64,000 bases of DNA from Felis catus (Eukaryota). Location of the stretch: positions 96,164,001 to 96,228,000 of the forward strand of contig NC_058368.1 of the NCBI RefSeq assembly GCF_018350175.1. Direction: 5' to 3'. Positions 37,970 through 47,957 of the stretch are shown here, in pieces. The notes under the pieces were generated by a model, which was not told the origin of the DNA, made no database searches, and saw only the letters and a list, made by a program, of their open reading frames with translations. Position numbers and translations under genes: made by a program. Positions within the stretch are counted from its first letter, which is position 1; each line of letters begins with the position of its first letter.

Positions 37970-38319
37970 TGTTTCAGCCTTTTCTGTATAACAATTTGCC
38001 CCAACACCTAGCGGCTCAAAACATTATACATTTATTTATTTTTTCTAAAAATCCTATGGATTTTCTGGGCAGTTCTCATATCATGACTTCTCACTCACAG
38101 AAGACGAGTCTGACTTTCTGTGCATGATGATCTCAGGGTTCCTAACAGAAAGAGTGGCAAGCCCCAGGGTGAAAATATTTTTCAAAATGTTGCTTTTGTC
38201 CCATTTGCTGTTGTCCACTAACCAATGAAAGTCACGTGGCCAAGCAGCAATTCAAGGAGTAGAGAAATAGATTTCACATCCTGATGAGTGGAGCTATTAA
38301 GTATTATGGTTGTTTTAAA
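37970..38319 (-). mobile_element. MLT1 LTR (MLT1G/H-like)
   Basis: CTGTATAACAA...CCCCAACACCTAGCGGCTCAAAACA...AAAGTCACGTGGCCAAGC...ATTCAAGGAGTAGAGAAATAGA...CTGATGAGTGGAGCT. Confidence 0.8.
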
Positions 38320-38564
38320 GTATGTATGTATGTATGTATGTATGTATGTATGTATTTATTTTGAGAGAGAGAGGAGAGAGAGAGAGGAGGGAATGAGAAC
38401 AAGTGGGGAAGGGGCAGAGAGAGAGGGGCAGAGAGAGAATCCCAAGCAAGTTCTGCGCTGTCAGGCAGAGCCCAACACAGGGCTCGATTCCACACACCAT
38501 GAGATCATGAAGTGGACTGAAATCAAGAGTCAGATGCTTAACCGACTGAGCCACCCAGGTGCCC
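38320..38564 (-). mobile_element. SINEC whose tail has become (TATG)n
   Basis: Antisense body with (TATG)n at 38321-38354. Confidence 0.96.
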
Positions 38565-38709
38565 CAAACACTGTGTATTTTTTCAAACTGCTACTCTAGC
38601 CTGCAAAGAAGCATCATCTTAATTTATTATAACACTATTTGGACTAATAAAAATGCATGTATTTATTTACCTGGAACATAATGATAGAATTGGCATTTCA
38701 TGAAAAACA

Positions 38710-38945
38710 TAAATATATGCACACATATGTTTAGATAAATATAGATATATAATGTATACATGCATATATACACATGTACACACATAAACATAAGTATATA
38801 TGTATTTATGCGTATGTGTGTGTATATATATGTACATGTGTGTGCATATGTGTGTGTATATATACATATACCATATATATATGCACACATATACCATATT
38901 TATACATGTATACATATATACATATACATATATATATGGTATATG
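38710..38945. repeat. Degenerate alternating purine-pyrimidine (TA/CA/TG) low-complexity tract
   Basis: Directly visible; source of Y/I/H/T-rich pseudo-ORFs. Confidence 0.9.
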
Positions 38946-39983
38946 TGCATTCCTGAAAGGATTTCTGGACCCAATTCCAAAGTGTATGTATGTACATGTG
39001 AAGGCTTCTCCACACCAAGCAATTCTTGGTGTCTGCCAATTCAACTCACTTCTGACACTGTCTACCCTGAGATAGAATCCAATTCCAGAGCAAAGGGTTC
39101 ACTCCCTTAAGAGTGCCCTCCACCTCAGAAGCCAATCACAAGTCTTAGTTGTTACCTATACTCCTTCTGACTGACTGGCTATAAATCAGAGGTTCCCATC
39201 ATCCCTTCCTTGAGTTTGATTAATTTGATAGAATGGCACACAGAATTTAGGATACACATTTATTTACCAGATTACTGATTTATTTAAAAAGATATTAAAA
39301 ATACAAATTATTAATACAAAATATTAAATATTTATTACAATATTAAATATTAAATACAAAATATTAAAATACAAATCAACAGCCAGATGAAGAAATACAC
39401 TGGGCAAAGTCCCCAGTGAAGAAACATCTGGTCTTGTGGAGCTTGGGGAATACCATGGTAGCACCTAGAAACATTCTGGTTTCCCAAGATAGAAGCAAAT
39501 CCTCTCCTTTGGGCTTTTTTTGGAGGCTTCATTACATAAGTGTGATTGGTTAAATCATTGGCCTTTAGTGACTGAGTCTAGCCCCTCCTTCTCCAGAGGT
39601 CATAGGTGGGACTGAAAGTTCCAAGCCTCTATTCATGGTTGGTTCCCTTGGCAACCAGCTCTCATCCTTAGGTATTTTCCCAAAGTCCCATCATTAATGG
39701 AATCTCAGTTGTGGTGGAAAGGTGAACAACCAGACACCCATTGCAGTGGAGTCCAAGAGACCAAATAATGTAACAAAAGAGTTTTCCGTTTTTCTCGTCA
39801 CTCAGAACAGTCCAAGGATTTGGGAGCTCTGAGCCAGAACTAGTAATCTGAATGAGTACATAAATATTATATACACATATTTATTTAAATATATATATTA
39901 TACATCATATTTATATACACACACAGACACACACACATATATATGTTTATATATACAAATTTTCTACAAATCACAGTATCACA
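38944..39983 (-). mobile_element. MER21-family-like solo LTR
   Basis: CAATTCAACTCACTTCTGACACTGTCTACC...GGCTATAAATCAGAGGTTCCCA...CAGCCAGATGAAGA...GGAGGCTTCATTACATA...CTGAAAGTTCCAA; ends AAATCACAGTATCACA (TGTGATACTGTGA on the minus strand). Confidence 0.85.
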
Positions 39984-40339
39984 TTTCCCAAATCAGATGA
40001 TTCTCTTCTTAATAAAAAGTGTGGGGCTCATCTTTTTTTTTTTTTTTTTTTTTTTACAAATCCTGTTGCAGTTTTTTTCTTTTTCATTTTATTTTACAGT
40101 TACAATAATACTCTTTATCCTAATTCCCTTCATTTGTCTCAGGATCCTTCAAGATGAGAATTTAGTCAAAATGGTACTATTTACTTATATATGTAATTTA
40201 ACCTCTATGGTTTCATTCTATCAATCAAACTCTCAATTATTTTTTTTATACACAGCCACATGATACTTTTTATTTCTTAAAATGTTCTTTTAAGATCCTC
40301 ATTCCTATAATAGATTATATACTTTGTGGGATTTTTGAA

Positions 40340-40431
40340 GATATTTTACTTTTTTAAGTCATCTCTACACCCAACGTGGGGATTTAACTCACAACACTGA
40401 GATCAAGAGTTGCACAGTCTACTCTGAATAT
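40340..40431 (-). mobile_element. Short tRNA-like carnivore SINE (SINEC_b-like), head cut off at the LTR boundary
   Basis: TTTTTTAAGTCATCTCTACACCCAACGTGGGG...AACTCACAACACTGAGATCAAGAGTTGCAC...CTACTCTGA. Confidence 0.85.
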
Positions 40432-41144
40432 CGTCAACCTTAAAGATCAAATATCTGTTATGTTTCTCAAAATCAACCATGGTGGAGGGGAAGGGGGAAA
40501 AAAAGTTACAGAGAGGGAGGGAGGCAAACCATAAGAGACTCTTAAGGACTGAGAACAAACTAAGGGTAGATGGGGGTTGGGGGAGAGGGGAAAGTGGGTG
40601 ATGGGCAGGGAGGAGGGCATTTGTTGGGATGAGCACTGGGTATTGTATGGAAAGCAACTTGACAACAAATTATATTAAAAAAAAAAAAAGATCAAATAGC
40701 CAGCTAATTTGCTAGCAAAATGAGTTCATTCAGAAATAGTAGAGCAATTGCAGTACAGCACAGGAAAGCTAGAGTAAACCATAGGTCAGTCCAAAGACAA
40801 CAAGGGAAGATCAGCTTGTATGAGGTTTTAGGGGGAAATCGGGGAGGATTATTTTGAACAGAAGTTCCTTGGAGAAGAACAAGAGTTAGAGGCTGTAGTA
40901 GTTTCTCACTGGCTGCAAGCAGTGCCTGGTGTATTGCTGGGGTGGAGAGGGATCTTGCTTCTTTTTCTTATAACCAGGAGATGAATTTCCTGTGTGAAAG
41001 GTGCCCTCCCTTGTCAAGGTAGTTCTTATCTTCCTTCTTTCTACTGGTTGTACAGACTCCAACAAGTAATACTTACTTGCACCAGAGTCCCGGCTTCAGA
41101 ACTTCCCCCTTCCATTTTAAGTGCCATCTCCTTTATTTTTTTCA
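40432..41144 (-). mobile_element. Carnivore ERV solo LTR (CarLTR1-like), interrupted by L1
   Basis: GTCAACC...GCCAGCTAATTTGCTAGCAAAATGAGTTCATTCAGAAATAG...AAACCATAGG; other end CCATTTTAA...CCTTTATTTTTTTCA. Confidence 0.65.
40454..40686 (+). mobile_element. Felid L1 3' end with poly(A), 5'-truncated, with apparent micro-inversion
   Basis: GAGGCAAACCATAAGAGACTCTTAA...GAGAACAAACT...TTGTTGGGATGAGCACTGGGTATTGTATGGAAA...poly(A); TSD AAAGATCAAATA at 40442-40453 and 40687-40698. Confidence 0.95.
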
Positions 41145-41232
41145 TACTGTGTATTTCATTTTGGTAGAATTGAGTGGTTACATTTAGTTTCCAGACTTTT
41201 TCTTTAGTGTTCTAATTACAATTACACGTTTA

Positions 41233-41432
41233 GGGGACCCTGGGTGGCTCAGTTGGTTGAGCGGCTGAACTCTGCTCAGGTCATAAATTCACAGTTCATG
41301 AATTATAGCCCCACTTTGGACTCTGTGCTGACAGCATGGAGCCTGCTTGGGATTCTGTCTGTTCTTTCTTTCTCTCTCTCTGAGCCTCCCTCACTCACAC
41401 TCTCTCTGAAAATTAAAGATTAAGAAAATTAA
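41233..41432 (+). mobile_element. SINEC
   Basis: Canonical head; TSD AATTACAC(G/A)TTTA. Confidence 0.95.
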
Positions 41433-41807
41433 AATTACACATTTAAATCATTCTAAGTAAGACAAATGATAATTTTCCTTAATTGGGATTTTTTTAAAAC
41501 CTAAGACATGTAGCCAATTACTTCAATATTGAAAATTTAATTCATCTTAGAAAGATTAGCGTGTACGTGTAATCAGGAAGTTTATCCACATTCTGTTAGG
41601 GTCTAGAGTGTTTAATTATGGAGATATTTTGATAGTATAATTACAAAACAATAATTATAGCTTTTATTTGTCCATGACAACCCAGAGCACAATTTTTCTT
41701 ATACAATACCTTAATTGATGCAGAACTTACTTATCTAGGAAGTGGAATTATTTTAAACATATTTAAAAGCCAAGTAATAACAAGGGGACTAAAATAATGT
41801 GTCATTG

Positions 41808-41846
41808 AAGAATGAATGAATGAATGAATGAATGAATGAATGAATG
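41808..41846. repeat. (GAAT)n microsatellite, possibly seeded by an L2 tail
   Basis: Directly visible. Confidence 0.92.
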
Positions 41847-41919
41847 ATTTGGCATTAGACCCAGTTCCAAAGCCCTGAGGCCCTATGCAATACATAGTTA
41901 CTCTCCTTTTACCAAAGAT

Positions 41920-42280
41920 CACTTAGCAAATAGGTTCTGAACACCAATTTATATCAAAGAGATGCTAGGGATAGAATAATGAGGAAGTCACTGTCCATCT
42001 TGCTCTTAGTGACCAGAAGATGAGACAGGCAAGGAACAAGACAATCATGACACGATGTGGTTTTGATTAGAGGTACTGGAAGAAGAGTTCTCATTAGCCC
42101 AGTGTGGAAACTACAAGTCAGAACTGAGGAAGTAAAATAAGATTTGCCCCCAAAATGACTTCTAAACTGAAACCCAGAGGATCAATCCAATTTTATCACA
42201 GAAAAGGTACGGTAAAGAGGGGCAGGAAGGAAAGGAGGCTATGCAGGGAGAGGAACAGCATTCACAAAGACCTGTTGATG
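41920..42280 (-). mobile_element. L2 fragment
   Basis: CAGCAAATA-like start, GATGCTAGGGATAG, TGACTTCTAAACTGAAACC, GGAGAGGAACAGCATTCACAAAGACCTG. Confidence 0.6.
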
Positions 42281-42455
42281 ATAGAGAGTGGCTCTCCAGG
42301 ACTCTTAGTTCGGCCATTTTGGGGCCAAATTTCAAACAGTCTGGTTCTGTCTGGAATTTCTCCTTACCCCACACTCTTGCTCAGACGACGTATAATCCAA
42401 TTTCTGCCCTACACTTTACGTCTTCAGAGAATGAAGACAAAATTAAGGTCATTTT

Positions 42456-42648
42456 GGGGGTGCCTGGGTGGCTCAGTCAGTTAAGCATCTGATTCTTGGT
42501 TTCTCACAGTTCATGAGTTCGAGCCCCAAGCCGGCCTCTGTGCTGGCAATGTGGAGCTTGCTTGGGACTCTGTATCTTCCTCTGTCTCTCTGCACCTCTC
42601 CTGCTCATGCTCTTTCAAAACAAATAAATTAAAAAAAAAACTTGTAAA
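42456..42648 (+). mobile_element. SINEC with internal deletion
   Basis: Head, GTTCGAGCCC, tail; degenerate TSD TAAGG(T/G)CATTTT. Confidence 0.94.
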
Positions 42649-42669
42649 AGAATAAGGGCATTTTTCCTA

Positions 42670-42820
42670 TTTGAACGCTCTCATAGAACACCGTATTTTG
42701 CCTTCATAATACTTAAAACAACTGAATTAGATAATTAAGCAGTGAACTGTTTATTGCCTTTTTGTTCTTATAGAGTCAAAGCTCCACCAAGGCAAGGACT
42801 ATGCCTATTTTGATAACCAT
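42670..42820 (+). mobile_element. L2 fragment
   Basis: GCTCTCATAGAACACC...CTTCATAATACTTA...AAGCTCCACCAAGGCAAGGACTATGCCTATTTTG. Confidence 0.6.
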
Positions 42821-43197
42821 GGCTTATCAAATATATTTCACAGAATTGACTATAACTTTTTTGTTCCATAAATGTATGAACATATGAGAAAGCACTCATT
42901 GTTGGATACCATGTTATTGTTATATTTTGTATCTTTGGCATCACTAAGTAACTGCATGGTACAGGCATGGATGAGACTTCTAGAATTTATTGGATGTTGG
43001 TGCTTTGTATGGGGCCAATAATTAAAAGATAATGCTACAAGAATATTGTATAAATATTGGAAAGACATATTGGTCAGGTGATATACCACAGATTCTAAGC
43101 TGAAAAGGAAACTGAATGCAAGAAATTGATAGAGATAGAAAAAGTACAAGGTTAATGGGATTAAAGATCTCCAAAAAGGTATGTAAAAAGAGCTGGA

Positions 43198-43319
43198 GGG
43201 GTACGTGAGTGGCTTAGTCGGTTTAACATTGGACTCTTGATTTTGACTCAGGTCAAGATCCCAGGGCGTGGGATTGAGCGCCCTGTTGGGCTCCATGCTG
43301 AGTGTAGAGCCTGCTTAAT

Positions 43320-43385
<66 letters not shown>

Positions 43386-43450
43386 CTCCCTCTCCCTCTC
43401 TCTCTCTCTCTCTACCTCTCTCAAAATAAAAAATAAAATTATTAAAAAAA
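43198..43450 (+). mobile_element. SINEC (older subfamily) with long (CT)n expansion
   Basis: GTGGCTTAGTCGG head, GAGCCTGCTTAA, (CT)n at 43324-43379, A tail. Confidence 0.94.
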
Positions 43451-45089
43451 AGATCTCAAAAGAAGACAGAAATAGAGAAGTGGTAATGAGAGAATTATAG
43501 ACTTATTCATCAGAATATCTATCTCCCTGTTAATATTTACAAGAAGACTGTCTCTTGGTTTTCAATTTCACAGTGTAAAAGAATAAATGTATCAGTGTTA
43601 ATTGTTTCAACCAATGTTTACAATGGAAAATATTCAATTATGCATTTTCTGACTCCGTATAACATTTAAAAGCTATTAATCTTTCTTTTACTTCCTATTT
43701 TCATCACCTTTTACATAGAAACGGAGTCAAATAGTTGAAAAAAGTTTATTTTAAATACAACAATCCACCTTTCATTTTTCATTTCCCTCTTTTGAGTTAC
43801 TTGGCTATACAGAGAATGTAAGAATGCTTACTGATTTTCAATTTTAAGCATTATCTTTTGATTGGTCACTGTGGATGGGGACCTAACTCTCTTTTGTTTC
43901 CTCTTCATTGCCACTCCACACTTCCTCCTTTTCATACTTACTTACTCCCTAATGTTATAATTGAGGTTAGATATATGTCTAGTATTTTTATTAACTTATA
44001 TTATTACTATGACTGCATATCCTTTTACTATCGTCCGGGGTAAATGTCCTTTGTGTCTCTTTTGTATTGTATCTCTTGTTCCTTGCCTCCCCCAAATGTC
44101 TCCTTTCTTGGTTTACTCCCTAATTATGGGAGATCAGACCTCCAATAACTTCCTGAGAAAGGATACCTATGGGATTATAGGAAGTGTTCTTACATGATGA
44201 TGATTTGACTAGATAAAAAATTCTGTATTGGAAATAATTTCTCCTTCGAATTTTGGAGGCATGTTGCTGCTGAAAAGGTCCAAATCATTCTGATATTCTG
44301 ATTCCCACTACCATGGGGCTGTACATCTTCCTCCCTCGCCATCATCTTCATGGAAACTTGTAAGGTTTTCTCTTCATACTCAGCCCTTTGAGATTTGGAA
44401 GAGTTGCTGTGATAAGCTTTAATCATGTGCAGGTAATCAGCAAGGTCTTTCAATCTGACAGTGAAAGTTCTTTCGTTACTGGAAATATTCTTGAATTATT
44501 TCAGAGATGGTTTCCTCCATTTGCTTTTTCCTTTTCCTTTTTTTTTTTTTTTTTTTTTGGAGCTTCTTGTATTACGGTGTTGAACTTTTTATTTAATTTT
44601 CTTGTGTTTTTCTCAAATATTTTCCAACCATGATTTGTGTGTTTATGTGTGCACGTGTGCACATCTGTCCACACACGTCTGCCCTCTGTGAGATATTTCT
44701 TTAACTTAGTTTTTTTCTACCATTCTGTGAGTTTTCCAAGTATTACTTTCTGCTATCCTTTTTGTTTGTTTGTTTTTAATTTTCAAGACCTTTTGGTTCT
44801 CTGAATATTTTTTAAATTTTATCTTCTTTTATTTTTTTTAAATTTTTTTCTGAGCATTCTTTTATAATAGCACCCTACTCTTGTTTTATAGATTCAATGT
44901 TTCCATTCAGCCATCTGAAGATATTAATGATAGTTTATTTGAAGAAGTAGTCTCAAAACAAAGTATTCCCTCTGCATAATTTTTCTGTATGTTGCTTTTG
45001 TTTACATGGGTGTGCATGAGCATGTGTTGGTAATTATAAATTTTATACTGAAGTCTTTTCTCAAATATGATTTTTAATTTATATTGGCC

Positions 45090-45295
45090 TTTAATTTTTT
45101 TAATGTTTATTTATTTTGAGAGAGAGAGAGTGAGGGAGGGGCAGAGAGAGAGGGAAACATAGAATCTGAAACAGGGTCCGGCTCTGAGCTGTCAGCATAG
45201 AGCCCTACACGGGGCTTGAACCCAGGGACCAGACCACAAGATCATGACCTGAGCCAAAGTCAGACGCTTAACCAACTGAGCTACCTAGGCACTCC
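45090..45295 (-). mobile_element. SINEC (felid type)
   Basis: Antisense canonical body. Confidence 0.95.
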
Positions 45296-45377
45296 TAACT
45301 TGATTTTTTTTTTTTTAAGACTTTGTCATATAGCAATTAATCCATGATTTTCTGCTCATATTAAAGAGTAGAATGCT

Positions 45378-45593
45378 GGGGCGCCTGGGTGGCGCAGTCG
45401 GTTAAGCGTCCGACTTCAGCCAGGTCACGATCTCGCGGTCTGTGAGTTCAAGCCCCGCGTCGGGCTCTGGGCTGATGGCTCAGAGCCTGGAGCCTGTTTC
45501 CGATTCTGTGTCTCCCTCTCTCTCTGCCCCTCCCCCGTTCATGCTCTGTCTCTCTCTGTCTCAAAAATAAATAAATGTTAAAAAAAAATTAAA
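45378..45593 (+). mobile_element. Very young felid SINE (SINEC_Fc type)
   Basis: CpG-rich head like 6012; TSD AAAGA(G/A)TAGAATGCT at 45363-45377 and 45594-45608. Confidence 0.98.
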
Positions 45594-46420
45594 AAAGAAT
45601 AGAATGCTGAAAACAGGATTGGAATCTCATAGACTTGCTGACTAGTTTACACTATTAAGTGTTCTGCCTGAGCACGTAATTTTTGCAATTTTCCTCTTGC
45701 CAGCTGAGTCCAATTCACCCAGAGAGGGATGATTCCGTCTCCTGCCAACATTCTGGAAGCCAGTTGGCAGAAGAGGGTTCAGGAGCCTCAGGAATTGGTA
45801 TGCAAATTCCAATACCATATTTCAGTACAGTATTCCTACCCACAACTGTGGCTCATTTCTCCCACCCTGGAGTGTGTTCTATTTACCTTCCTGAGAGAGC
45901 AAACCTCCAGAGTTCTACTAAAGTAAATGTGGCGTGGTTGCTTGGCAACAGTTAGAGGGCTAACTGAGAGTGGGGACTAGATCAGAGATGTACACAGCTC
46001 ATCAGGGGAACTCCTAGGCTTCAACTAAGCACTCACGTTTACAACACTGTCATGGCTCATGCTAGGACCAGGCTGCTCAGAGAGATACATGCAGGAAGGA
46101 CAACTTGGCAGAAGGGCAACATAGGCATTCCTTCTAAAAGTGTCCTTATGGCAAGCAGACCGTGTAGCAGTCTACACAACCATCCAGTAGCTGTCCTGCC
46201 CCTGGATGACAATGCAAAGACTGGGAGGGGAGTCCACATAAGGAGATGTAAGTGTCACTCTGGCTTTAAAACTCATGCTCCACAGAAGGTGATAGCTCTT
46301 GTCAGAATTCTATAGGTATAGATTCCAGAGTCTGCACAAAGGACGTACAAGTTATAAGAGCCACCATACTCAGGGAGGACTAAAGCTACATCCCATTCAC
46401 ATGTAGTTTGTCAGGGCTCA

Positions 46421-46601
46421 TTTTTTATGTTTATTTATTTATTTTGAAAGAGGGAGAGGGGCATAGAGAGGTGGGGAGAGAGAATCCCACCACTGTCAGC
46501 ACAGAGCCCCACACAAGGTCTGAATTCAGTAACCAGGAGATCATGACCTGAGCTGAAATCAAGAGTCAGATGGTCAACTGGCTGAGCCACCCAAGCATCC
46601 C
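46421..46601 (-). mobile_element. SINEC with internal deletion
   Basis: Antisense body ending CTGAGCCACCCAAGCATCCC. Confidence 0.93.
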
Positions 46602-47070
46602 AGGGGTGTTACTTTTGTTATAAGCAATAATTACATACCATTTTTTATCAGATACCGGACAAACAGAGTTAGAGCTCTGAATGAAGTTCAAGTTCTCTAG
46701 TCCAAAGGAATGGACTTTATTAAGCCTTTATCCACAGAACCTAATTGCTTCTTTTACATTTTTGTTATTATTGATGAAACAGGAGGGAAAGAAACACATG
46801 GATAGACAGGTGGGGAACGCGGCAGGTTAACGTAGTATGAAGTAAGGGTACTTCTGCTTCTATATTCTCAAAGTACATGAGGTTAAAAATACGGTCGTCG
46901 TGGAGTAAGGATGGAGAATGAGGTGTGAGTGAGTAGCAGTAGGGGGGAGTGAGTGATAATTAGGCCATTTTGTAAAAGTATTTGATCTGGACCTCAATTC
47001 AAAAAAAATGTTATATTTAGGCTTTCCAAATAAATTTCCAAAAAAAAATGTTGTATTTAGGATTTTTTTC

Positions 47071-47294
47071 TTTTCTTTTTTTAAGTTTGTTTACTTATTT
47101 TCAGAGTTAGAGAGAGAGAGACAGAGAGAGAGAACGAGTAGGGGAGGGGCAGAGAGAGAGAAAGTGAGAAGGGGACAAAGGATCTGAAAGGGGCTCCAGT
47201 AGAGTGCCCGATACAGGGCTCAAACTCACACATTGTGAGATCACGACCTGAGCCAAAATCAGATGCTTAACCGACTGAGCTTTCCTTGTGCCCC
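47071..47294 (-). mobile_element. SINEC
   Basis: Antisense body; TSD TAGGATTTTTTT. Confidence 0.95.
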
Positions 47295-47322
47295 TAGGAT
47301 TTTTTTTTCTTGATAAAGATGA

Positions 47323-47957
47323 TGTATTCCTTAGGATATTCTCAATATAGTAACAAGTTTACTCCAAGATGTATAATGGTCCAAACACAGTAGAAGTCTG
47401 TTCCATGCTCATGTAAAAACTTTAGGCAGGAACGTAGGGTGTTAGGAGGATCTTCCTCCATGCAATTTGTTTGGAACACCTACTGGCAGAGCCTGTACCA
47501 TTTACAAAGCTGACTTCCAAAGTTACTGGGTCCTCTTTCTTTCAGCCAGAATGGAAGAGTTCAAAGGGGCATGGGTTGTTTGAAGTAGATCTTAAAATCT
47601 TCACCCTCTAGGGGCACCAGGGTGCCTCAATCTGTTGGGTATCCGACTTTGGCTTAGGTCATGATCTCATGGCTCCTGAGTTCAAGCCCTGCATTAGGCT
47701 CTGTGCTGGTGGCTCAAATCCTGGAGCCTGCTTTGGATTCTATGTCTCCCTCTCTCTCTGCCCTTCCCCAACTTGTGCTCTGTCTCTGTTTCTCTCTCTC
47801 TCTCTCTCAAAAATAAATTTTAAAAATGAAAAGAAAAACTTCACCCTCTGGAACTAAGATCAGTAGCCACACTGAATCTCCAGAAGGGCTGAGTAACGTA
47901 GTCTAGCTATGTGCTCACGATAAGGAGGGAAATGTGGATTTTATTGGACAGTAGTAT
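47323..47957 (-). mobile_element. MLT1K/J-like LTR split by a SINE
   Basis: GTAACAA...AAACACAGTAGAAGT...TGCTCATGTAA...CTCCATGCA...GACTTCCAAAG; after the SINE GCCACACTGAA...GGCTG...GTAGTCTAGCTATGTGCTCA. Confidence 0.7.
47611..47833 (+). mobile_element. SINEC (felid type)
   Basis: Canonical body; TSD AAAA(T/A)CTTCACCCTCT. Confidence 0.96.

Larger units (their letters stand above)
43800..45990 (-). mobile_element. HAL1-like (half-L1) or old L1M ORF1 region, interrupted by two SINEs
   Basis: AATAACTTCCTGAGAAAGG...TTGGAAATAATTTCTCCTTCGAATTTTGGAGGCAT...CATTCTGAT...CTTTCAATCTG...CTGGAAATATTCTTGAATTATTTC...GAGAGCAAACCTCCAG. Confidence 0.7.

Noticed and set aside
38663..39110. Six overlapping ORFs on both strands
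   Set aside because: Artefact of a stop-poor TA/CA/TG low-complexity tract.
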